Assembly (NCBI GenBank): GCA_049964795.1 | Contig: JBMFWY010000014.1 | Span: forward strand, 1 to 19,935 | Length of the DNA: 19,935 nt | Source of the DNA: Candidatus Micrarchaeia archaeon | GTDB lineage: Archaea > Micrarchaeota > Micrarchaeia > Micrarchaeales > Micrarchaeaceae | Direction of reading: 5' to 3' | Shown here: positions 8,607-15,949 of the stretch, in pieces | How positions within the stretch are numbered: the stretch's first letter is position 1 | How the letters are laid out: each line of letters begins with the position of its first letter | Notes under the pieces: model-generated | What the model was told of the DNA's origin: nothing | Databases searched by the model: none | What the model saw: the letters and a program-made list of their open reading frames with translations, nothing else | Translations under genes and position numbers: made by a program

Positions 8607-10334
8607 TCACCATGCCTCTATTGCGCCATCAAGTTCAGGAAGGCTGCTGGCTGCCAGCACTTTTACCTTTTCAATTGCAAAATAGTTTGAATAGAAGTTG
8701 AATGCGCCGTCATTTACAACTATTATCACATGGTCGAAATCTTTTAGCCTGCGCTTTATCATTGAGGAAGTAGATGATACGGACTTCCTTCCGGTTTCAT
8801 ACTCTATCGCTATTTTTCTTCCTTCTGCATATGCGACTAAATCAGGGCCATTGCTGTTGTCTATTATTATAGACTTTATGCTACTTTGTTCGAGCTTTTG
8901 AAAGATCTTCTTTACCATCACTTCGTGCTCTATGCTGAGGGACTTGTTCTTTTTCATGACCCAGCGCTCCTGCTTGTCATACTCTCCAAGCTTGAGTTCC
9001 TCAACATTTTCATACTCTTCTCCATCACAAGCGAGCAGAGGCTTGCTGGAAACGAGAATTGCTGGTTTTGCGTGTACAATTTGCGCCTGCCCGTCCTTGG
9101 AAAAGACGCGAGGAGTCTCTATTACGCTTGGCTCCCTTATGTTATAGCTGATTGCTATTGCTTCATTTTTCCTGAGCCTGCGCAGCATCTTCTTAACCTC
9201 GAATGCACGCTCCCCGATTCCGGAAGAAAATATATTAGAAATGTAGTTTACCTCCTGCGGCTCCCTGGAATAAAAACTGATGAATGTGCTTGAATTTGCT
9301 ATTATTTCGCGCGGAAGAGAGCTTGCCATGTGCGTGGCAAGTATCACCCCTACCCCGTACTTCCTTCCCTCCTGCATAAGCTTCTTCACTATTTGAGAAT
9401 CTGAATCGTTTATTATAAACTGCGCCTCGTCTATTACTATATAAAGGCTTACACCTTTACCTATTCCGTGCATTTTCATGCTAGTGTAAATTCTGCGGAG
9501 AAGCTCGTTGATATAAATTATTTGCGCTTCTGCGCTTCTTATGCCGGCGAGGGAGAATGAGCTTATGCCGTTGCGCAACGCCTCAACATCAAGCTCGCCT
9601 TCGGAGAGAGGCTGCAAGGACAGAGAAGAAAGCTTGCTGCGCAGATGTGCCAGGCTGCTCCTTTCAGAGCTATTCCTTGAATTCGCTATGAAAATGCTAA
9701 GCTCTCCGAGCACATCAGACATAGAAGGCGGTTTTTGAAGCTGCATGTCATTGCGCGATGCTGCGCCGTGCCTTCTGTATGCATACCACATGCATTCGGC
9801 AAGCTTCTGGGATTGTACGTACCCTAGAGAGTACACGCTTTTGAAAAGTTGCGAGAGTTCTGCTATCCTATCCCCTACCGTGCTGCCGTCAAGCGAGAAT
9901 ATGTTTATGCCATGACGCGAGGAATCTATTACCCTGCCCCCAAGAGAGAAAACTGCCTCCTCGTGCTCGTTGTGCGCATCGAAGATTATTGCGGGCTTGT
10001 ACGCCGCGCCTATGTCCTTTATCATGCTCCTCAAAAGCGTGCTTTTGCCCTGCCCGCTCATGCCAAATATCAATATGTGAGGATTTGCTTCGGCAGATGG
10101 TATTATAATAGCTTTGCCATGCCTTTTTTTCCATCTTATAGTAGGTTGTATTTCTATAGCGCCTTTGAAGCTGCTTATTGAAACTGTGTTTGAAAGCGTG
10201 TATCTAAAGCGACCAATTTGCAGGAGCAGCTCATTTTCCTTTGCCTTTGGCTTTTCTGCAATCTCGGCAATTCGAGAAAAAAAGCTTGCGAAAGGCTTAA
10301 AGGCGTTTCCAAAAGCGTCAATTATATAATTCAT
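8607..10334 (-). CDS. HerA/VirB4-like P-loop ATPase with C-terminal PD-(D/E)XK-like domain
   Basis: HILIFGMSGQGKS (Walker A), IFDAHNEH, IVIDEAQ (Walker B), EGRKYG and ATH. The C-terminus has EH..GPDL..IAIEYETG. Start moved to ATG 10334, preceded by GGTG RBS, because the longer ORF overlaps the tRNA. Confidence 0.82.
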   Translation of the reverse strand: MNYIIDAFGNAFKPFASFFSRIAEIAEKPKAKENELLLQIGRFRYTLSNTVSISSFKGAIEIQPTIRWKKRHGKAIIIPSAEANPHILIFGMSGQGKSTLLRSMIKDIGAAYKPAIIFDAHNEHEEAVFSLGGRVIDSSRHGINIFSLDGSTVGDRIAELSQLFKSVYSLGYVQSQKLAECMWYAYRRHGAASRNDMQLQKPPSMSDVLGELSIFIANSRNSSERSSLAHLRSKLSSLSLQPLSEGELDVEALRNGISSFSLAGIRSAEAQIIYINELLRRIYTSMKMHGIGKGVSLYIVIDEAQFIINDSDSQIVKKLMQEGRKYGVGVILATHMASSLPREIIANSSTFISFYSREPQEVNYISNIFSSGIGERAFEVKKMLRRLRKNEAIAISYNIREPSVIETPRVFSKDGQAQIVHAKPAILVSSKPLLACDGEEYENVEELKLGEYDKQERWVMKKNKSLSIEHEVMVKKIFQKLEQSSIKSIIIDNSNGPDLVAYAEGRKIAIEYETGRKSVSSTSSMIKRRLKDFDHVIIVVNDGAFNFYSNYFAIEKVKVLAASSLPELDGAIEAW

Positions 10335-10401
10335 TACACCACCAATATTTATGCAGCGGCAGATATGCCGCGAAGAGCAGGTCTTTGAAAGACAAAGCAA
10401 T

Positions 10402-10521
10402 GCCAGGGTGGCGGAAACTGGTAACGCGCCGGTCTTGAGATTTCTCAAGAGCTGATTAATGATGCAAAACAAGGCAACCGGTTCCCTCTGGGAATTTAGG
10501 GTTCAAATCCCTACCCTGGCG
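10402..10521 (+). tRNA. tRNA-Ser(TGA) with 36-nt intron at 37/38 (intron 10440-10475)
   Basis: Acceptor GCCAGGG/CCCTGGC; anticodon stem CCGGT/ACCGG; anticodon TGA at 10436-10438; long variable arm TTCCC-TCT-GGGAA; T arm TAGGG-TTCAAAT-CCCTA; discriminator G. BHB central helix is CTTG/CAAG with 3-nt bulges. Confidence 0.93.
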
Positions 10522-10591
10522 CATATAATTTAAGCAGATTTTAGTAAATAGTGCGATGATCTTGGGTAAAGTTGTGAGCAGGAGATAAGGC

Positions 10592-11362
10592 ATGAGAATA
10601 ATTTCTTTGAACTTGTGGGGCGGAAGGGTATATGGCAAGCTTGCTAAATTTCTTGAGAACGAGAAAAAGGACGTAGATATCTTCTGTTTCCAAGAGGTTT
10701 TAGACACTAGCACCAAAGCCAGCGGAGAAGCCAAAGCTATCAAGCAATTATACCAAGGAACAGAGTTTGAGGAAGTTCAGGACTTGTATAGTAGATTAGA
10801 ACGTATACTGACAGGCTTCCATGGTTTTCTTTCGGAGTCTTATAGTGAAAGTTCCGAAAAGCTGGCGATGTTTATAAGGAATAGAATAGATGCAGAAGTG
10901 CTGACTGATTGGGCGCACAGACAGATTAGAGTAATATACAAAGGAAAGCCTTTCAAGGTAGGCAGCATTATACAATATGCAAAAATTTCAGATGGTAGTA
11001 AGGCATATTTTATAGCAAATGTTCATGGGCTATGGCAAGGCGGAGGAAAGGGTGATACGCCAGAAAGGATAGAGCAATCAAAAAATATTTTAAGGATAAT
11101 GTCAGGTTTTGGCGACCGCAAGGTTTTATGTGGAGATTTTAACCTTGACCTATCTACAGAGAGTGTGCGTATGCTTGAGCAAGAGATGAAAAACTTAGTG
11201 AAAGAATTCAAGGTAACTTCTACGCGTAGTGCTCTTGCACCATCAAGTAAAGGCAAGTTCGCAGATTATATATTTACCTCGGATAAAATAAGGGTATACA
11301 AATTCGATGTTCTAAATGATGTAGTGTCAGATCATCTGTCGTTATATTTAGATTTTAAATGA
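10592..11362 (+). CDS. Endonuclease/exonuclease/phosphatase (EEP) family protein
   Basis: Motifs MRIISLN, DIFCFQEV, NVH, LCGDFN, DYIF and VSDH. Confidence 0.9.
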   Translation: MRIISLNLWGGRVYGKLAKFLENEKKDVDIFCFQEVLDTSTKASGEAKAIKQLYQGTEFEEVQDLYSRLERILTGFHGFLSESYSESSEKLAMFIRNRIDAEVLTDWAHRQIRVIYKGKPFKVGSIIQYAKISDGSKAYFIANVHGLWQGGGKGDTPERIEQSKNILRIMSGFGDRKVLCGDFNLDLSTESVRMLEQEMKNLVKEFKVTSTRSALAPSSKGKFADYIFTSDKIRVYKFDVLNDVVSDHLSLYLDFK

Positions 11363-11555
11363 ATAATATAGGCTGTAAATAATAGAATTATGCAAAGAAT
11401 TTTAAAAGCAAATACGCAGGTTAAAAGCCATCTATTATTGATAGAAATCAAAACTTAAGAGTGTATTTCTCTATTTAAGTTTGCCATCGAAGCACTTACC
11501 TAAAGCTTGCTTTTTGCCTCTTCAAGGCAGTGGCTGTTAATCCTTTATTTCTCGC

Positions 11556-11571
11556 TGTGCTGGCCAGCACA
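11556..11571. promoter_or_regulatory. Perfect 16-bp palindrome, possible operator
   Basis: TGTGCTGGCCAGCACA equals its own reverse complement and lies in an intergenic region. Confidence 0.4.
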
Positions 11572-11730
11572 TTAATAAAATATAGGTAAAGAAGAGAGGA
11601 AAAGCTCTTACAGAAATATCCACTTAAGGCAAAGACTTATCGAATTGGCAACAACTTTGAAAAACAAACCAACTAAACCGCAAACCTCAATCAATAAATA
11701 TCTGGCAAGCCGATTTTAATCGGTGTTTAT

Positions 11731-12282
11731 ATGGGTAAAGTATTCATTGGCAACGAAACGAGCATTGCTGTATATCTTGCAAGCCCCCTGGGTTTTACGG
11801 AAGAAGGCAGGACATACATAAAGAATGTGCTGATACCAAAGGTGAGCAAAATCGAAAGCGTTTTGGTGATAGACCCGTGGTCTTCTATTTTGCGCATGGA
11901 GGAAAGCCAAATAATGCAAATGGGCATACTTAACGCACAAGAGGCTTCTAAGATAGGAAAAATGAATTTTGAATCGATAAGAAGGGCAGATATAATACTC
12001 GCAAACCTAAATGGTTCTGATCCAGATAGCGGTACGTGCATAGAAATAGGATATGCCTATGCTTTGGGCAAGACCGTAATAGGATATAGGACTGATTTTA
12101 GGCGCATGGGCGATTCCACCTCAGGAATAAACATGCAAGTAGAGGCGGCAGTGGTGGGCTCTGGCGGCAAATTATTCGGCACGCTTGACGAAGCGTTGGC
12201 TTTCCTGAAAGGGCTGGTTGCAGATGAAGTAGACCAGAAACTATCAAAGCGCCAAGGCACAAGGCTGCGCAGCAAAGGCTAG
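11731..12282 (+). CDS. Nucleoside 2-deoxyribosyltransferase / nucleotide N-glycosidase family protein
   Basis: Motifs VYLASPLGF and DPDSGTCIEIGYAYALGK..IGYRTDFR, with the catalytic Glu present. Confidence 0.88.
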   Translation: MGKVFIGNETSIAVYLASPLGFTEEGRTYIKNVLIPKVSKIESVLVIDPWSSILRMEESQIMQMGILNAQEASKIGKMNFESIRRADIILANLNGSDPDSGTCIEIGYAYALGKTVIGYRTDFRRMGDSTSGINMQVEAAVVGSGGKLFGTLDEALAFLKGLVADEVDQKLSKRQGTRLRSKG

Positions 12283-12564
12283 ATATTTGTGATGAAGAAG
12301 CATAGGAAAGGCTTTACCGAAAAGATTAATCTTTGTTTATAAAACCAGGGCAAATCAGCAAAGTTACATAGATGGCTTTGTTCATAAACTCCCACTTTAT
12401 GGATAGAATATAGAGGTTATGGACAGATTTGGAGTTTTTAAACAAGGCTTACATAGATAAAAGGTATAAATACCGGTATATTCAATTATTTGACAGGGCA
12501 AGAAATGCTATAACCGTTTCGCTACAGAAGCTTTATGATACGTGCATGTTGTGGGTGGAGGTGA

Positions 12565-13596
12565 ATGGCTAGCAAGGAGAAAGAGTTTGTATCTGGAAGG
12601 GGTGTATTCAGGCAGGAGCTTTACGATGCTGCGGAGAGTATAGAACTGATGGCTGAAGATGTAGAGATAGATTATGTAAGGCTATTAGACTTCGCTAAGG
12701 AGCATGCTTTTTCAGAAGTTTCATTGCCAAAGTGGGATCTGCCTGTCTTCCTAGAAAAGGCAGACGATGCTACGCTTGGCTTCATGATCCTTGGAAACAC
12801 CCAGAACTTCGCATTTACTGATTTTATAACTAAGAAGAAGTACTTCACAGATTACGAAGGCAGCAATTATTCTGGCGCGATGGGGATGTGGGCATCGCTT
12901 AAGAAAGCAATAGAGAAGGGCGTGCCTTTGCTTGATGGAGGGTACCTTTCAACTATAACATACAAGGAACTTGAAAGTATCTACAATGGAAAGTCAAAGA
13001 TACCCATGCTGCAAGATAGATTAGAAATACTCAATGAAGTTGGCGACGTCCTTTGCAAGAGATATGAGGGCAGGTTTCACAATATAGTAGCGGGCTATGA
13101 GGAAGGCAAAGCAAGGATGTTTGACAATGGCAAAGGATTCGTGGAGAGGCTAATTTCAGATTTCCCTTCGTTTAGGGATGAGAGTGAGTATAAGGGGATA
13201 AAAATAAGATTTGAGAAGAGGGCACAACTCGCCGCAGGAATGATCTATGAAAAGTTTAAGGGGCTAGGAAAAAAGGTGTTTGCGGAAGGCGAGGAAACAA
13301 AACTTTCTGTGTTCCCCGATTACGAGTTGCCAAAGGCGCTTAGGTCCATAGGTATATTTAAATATAGCAATAAATTGCAAGAGGAGATAGATGAAGGAGT
13401 GCCTCTAAAAAGCGGCGGAAACGAAGAGGTAGAATTGCGCGCTGCGACAGTGTACGTTGCTGACCTTCTTGAGGAAACAATAAAGCATTTCAACCCCGGC
13501 TCAAAGATAAACCAGTTATGGATAGACTACTTACTATGGTCTGCAGGCAGGAATAGCCCTGGAAATTCCCATCTTACTATAACTACGGCTTACTAA
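12565..13596 (+). CDS. Queuosine salvage protein / Q-nucleotide N-glycosylase (QNG1, DUF2419) homologue
   Basis: Motifs NFAF, FPSFRD, FEKRAQL, FPDYELP, EVELRA, DYLLW and terminal HLTITTAY follow the order seen in the QNG1 family. GGAGGTGA RBS precedes the start. Confidence 0.85.
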   Translation: MASKEKEFVSGRGVFRQELYDAAESIELMAEDVEIDYVRLLDFAKEHAFSEVSLPKWDLPVFLEKADDATLGFMILGNTQNFAFTDFITKKKYFTDYEGSNYSGAMGMWASLKKAIEKGVPLLDGGYLSTITYKELESIYNGKSKIPMLQDRLEILNEVGDVLCKRYEGRFHNIVAGYEEGKARMFDNGKGFVERLISDFPSFRDESEYKGIKIRFEKRAQLAAGMIYEKFKGLGKKVFAEGEETKLSVFPDYELPKALRSIGIFKYSNKLQEEIDEGVPLKSGGNEEVELRAATVYVADLLEETIKHFNPGSKINQLWIDYLLWSAGRNSPGNSHLTITTAY

Positions 13597-13638
13597 AGCA
13601 ATGTAGTAGAATCAGTTGTTTGGTTTGGAAAAAGCACT

Positions 13639-14085
13639 TTAAGGGCTATATACTTCTTCGCAGAAGCTGCTTGCACAAACGCAACTTTCGTTTCCTCTCT
13701 CTATAAAAAGGGGGCATATGGCGTTTTTGCTTATTGCTGCTTTATGAATAGCATAAGAAGGGTATGCTGCTGGATTTATACAGCCAAACTGATTTGGAAG
13801 ATTATTGTCGCACGGTGCCAATTGCACAAGTTCGCAGTCAGATGATTGACCGCAGTAGAAGCTTGCAGTGGTGAAATTGTACCCAAGAGATTTAGAAGTG
13901 TTTAGCTGTTGGAGGTAGTTGATGAAAAGCTTGCCATTCGCTGTAATCACTTGTGAGGAGTTAATATTATAGTGCTGCGAAGAAGAGGCATTGCTAGTGC
14001 TATGTCGCATGAAGGTGAAAAAGGCAAGTAGTATTAAGGCTGCTGCGACGCTAATCACAACAATTGCTGCTAGTTTAGCTTTCAT
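13639..14085 (-). CDS. Membrane-anchored/secreted Cys-rich hypothetical protein
   Basis: N-terminal hydrophobic helix, Ser/Asn-rich linker with N-x-S/T sequons, and 8 Cys in the C-terminal half. Confidence 0.75.
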   Translation of the reverse strand: MKAKLAAIVVISVAAALILLAFFTFMRHSTSNASSSQHYNINSSQVITANGKLFINYLQQLNTSKSLGYNFTTASFYCGQSSDCELVQLAPCDNNLPNQFGCINPAAYPSYAIHKAAISKNAICPLFIERGNESCVCASSFCEEVYSP

Positions 14086-14094
14086 TATATTACC

Positions 14095-14604
14095 TCATAG
14101 CTTGTAGCCTATGTCTCTCAAGAACTTCTTCCGTTTATACTTGTCTTGCTTGCTTTCAATACCTTTTGCTGCTGAGCCATCAACAACGCCAAGCACCGAT
14201 CTGCCATTACGGGTAATGCCCGTTATTACTTCTACGTCATTTGCGGTTGCACAGTACACTCTCGCTACTTCGGGCACTGCTTTTATAGAATTGAGGACGT
14301 TTATGGGAAAGGCATTCTTGAACAGTATTATGAAGGTATGCCCTGCACCTATTGCAAGGGCATTCTGTTCGGCTTGTCTAATCAGAGAATCGTCGTTGCC
14401 TTCGCTTCTTACAAGGCAAGGCCCGCTTGCTTCCACAAAGGCCACGCCAAATTTAACTGCGGGAGAAGACGAGACCATGGCTTCGTAGAGATCTTCAATT
14501 GACTTGATAAAGCCTGCGTGCCCCAGAATGAGCTGTGTGTCTATATCTTTCTTCACTAGTACGGTACTCACACGTAGAGCGCGTGAATCTTTAGTACCGG
14601 CCAC
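14095..14604 (-). CDS. Adenosine-specific kinase family protein (DUF355)
   Basis: Motifs FIKSIEDLYE, FVEASGPCLVRSEGND, IGAGH, YCATAN, LGVVDG and FLRDIGYK. Confidence 0.9.
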   Translation of the reverse strand: MAGTKDSRALRVSTVLVKKDIDTQLILGHAGFIKSIEDLYEAMVSSSPAVKFGVAFVEASGPCLVRSEGNDDSLIRQAEQNALAIGAGHTFIILFKNAFPINVLNSIKAVPEVARVYCATANDVEVITGITRNGRSVLGVVDGSAAKGIESKQDKYKRKKFLRDIGYKL

Positions 14605-14667
14605 ATAATACTTAGAAAAAGGAAAATATATCTTTTTTCCTGCGCATGTGAAAAGTTATGCTTCTAA

Positions 14668-15087
14668 TCAGCCAAGCTTCCAGAAGCTGTTCGCAAACAG
14701 CGCATTAAGTGCTGCTGTGAGGTCTATTGTTGCGGCGCTTTTCTTTGCAGTTTTCGATGACCCTTGCAGATCCTTATGGCCCAGCCTAAATATCAGCAAG
14801 TCTTCTTGCTTTAGGCTAGTCTTTTTGGATTCCTTGCCTGGCTTTGCCTGCAGCTCTGTTATCTTGCGTAGTGCCTCTTCTGCAGGATTTTGGGCTATTG
14901 TCGTTGTACTTACAGAACTGCTTAGTATCACTACGCTGCTTATTCCTGCAGAATTTGTATGTGCCTGCAGAACCTCTTTTTGCGGGTCTCTGCGCAGGTA
15001 TTTTGCTTCGTTTTCTATGCTTCTACTTCCATTTATATTTGGCATCATTATATCTTGCTGAACCGATTTTTCCCTTAACCCCCACAA
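14668..15087 (-). CDS. Hypothetical protein (start uncertain, possibly frameshifted)
   Basis: 139-aa ORF with no recognisable motif. The ATG with the best RBS (15100) is in another frame. Confidence 0.4.
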   Translation of the reverse strand: MWGLREKSVQQDIMMPNINGSRSIENEAKYLRRDPQKEVLQAHTNSAGISSVVILSSSVSTTTIAQNPAEEALRKITELQAKPGKESKKTSLKQEDLLIFRLGHKDLQGSSKTAKKSAATIDLTAALNALFANSFWKLG

Positions 15088-15163
15088 TCGAGTTCCTCAT
15101 ACTTCTCCCTAAAAGATATAAATACTTTTCGGTTAGATAGTTCACACGCGTTGGTTGAGCAGC

Positions 15164-15334
15164 ATGGCAAACAGGGAATTAGATAGGAGCAAAGAAAGAG
15201 GTATAATTAAGAAACTTGACAAGGTATTCCATCCGATAAGCGAGGAGACTCTAGAGAGGTTTGAGAAGGATATAGTCAGCGGAAGATTCGATCGAGTAGA
15301 CAAATTTATTAGAAAAGAGGAGAAGCGGCAGTAA
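15164..15334 (+). CDS. Small charged hypothetical protein (56 aa, not in ORF track)
   Basis: MANRELDRSKERGIIKKLDKVFHPISEETLERFEKDIVSGRFDRVDKFIRKEEKRQ*. Upstream AAAGATATAAATA (~15112-15124); fills an otherwise empty gap; purine-rich coding bias. Confidence 0.65.
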   Translation: MANRELDRSKERGIIKKLDKVFHPISEETLERFEKDIVSGRFDRVDKFIRKEEKRQ

Positions 15335-15353
15335 GTTCAAGACTATCTTGCGA

Positions 15354-15920
15354 CTATTTTTCTATCAGCAATACGACTATATCTTCGAATGAATAGTGCG
15401 CTTTCCCTACTATCCGGACTTTTTCTGAAGCTACGTCTTTTTCATAAGAGTTTAAGCTGCTTTCCAGCAGCAATGCAATACCGTTAGGATTGAGGAAGCC
15501 CCTGAAATCGCGTAGAAAGATATCTATGAGGCGCCTGCCATCCTTGCCTCCATCGAGGCTCACGTCAGGAGGGCCTTCCATCTCTGCATCACCCCCACTA
15601 GGAAGATAAGGCGGGTTGAATACGATTATATCAAATTTTCTATGCAGTGAGGAAAACATGTCGCTTTTCACGAACTTTGAGTGCTCTAATACAGAGTTTG
15701 CCGCTGCATTCTTACGGGCGCATTCAAGCGCTATCTCTTGCACGTCTGAAAAGGTAACGCTACAGCCAATGAGAGCTGCAGTTATGCCCTGTATGCCTGT
15801 GCCTGTTCCTAGATCAAGTACACTTCCGCGAGCATACTTCTCAACAGCTTCTGCAAGAAGGTAGGAATCCTCGCGAGGTTCATAAACGCCGTTGCATGCT
15901 AATATTTTTGCAGGTTTCAT
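15354..15920 (-). CDS. HemK2/Mtq2-like SAM-dependent methyltransferase
   Basis: Motifs VYEPREDSYLL, VLDLGTGTG, FNPPY and LDGGKDGR. Confidence 0.9.
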   Translation of the reverse strand: MKPAKILACNGVYEPREDSYLLAEAVEKYARGSVLDLGTGTGIQGITAALIGCSVTFSDVQEIALECARKNAAANSVLEHSKFVKSDMFSSLHRKFDIIVFNPPYLPSGGDAEMEGPPDVSLDGGKDGRRLIDIFLRDFRGFLNPNGIALLLESSLNSYEKDVASEKVRIVGKAHYSFEDIVVLLIEK

Positions 15921-15949
15921 TAAAAAGCCACGAAAAGTTAAATGCGTAT

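Noticed and set aside
10355-10393. Short hairpins GCGGCA-GATA-TGCCGC and GTCTTT-G-AAAGAC upstream of the tRNA
   Set aside because: Too short to call an RNA gene; they lie in the shared promoter region and could be chance.
10335-10743. N-terminal 46-aa extension of the ATPase ORF and the 95-aa minus-strand ORF 10456-10743
   Set aside because: Both overlap the tRNA (the 95-aa ORF also overlaps the EEP gene) on the opposite strand; a better start with RBS exists at 10334.
12283-12564. preQ1 riboswitch upstream of the QNG1 homologue
   Set aside because: AGAGGTT occurs near 12413, but there is no complementary P1 strand and no correctly placed A-rich tail.
15068-15074. G GGA AAA -1 frameshift heptamer in the 25-codon ORF
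   Set aside because: A -1 shift reaches a stop within a few codons; the long ORF is in the +1 frame.
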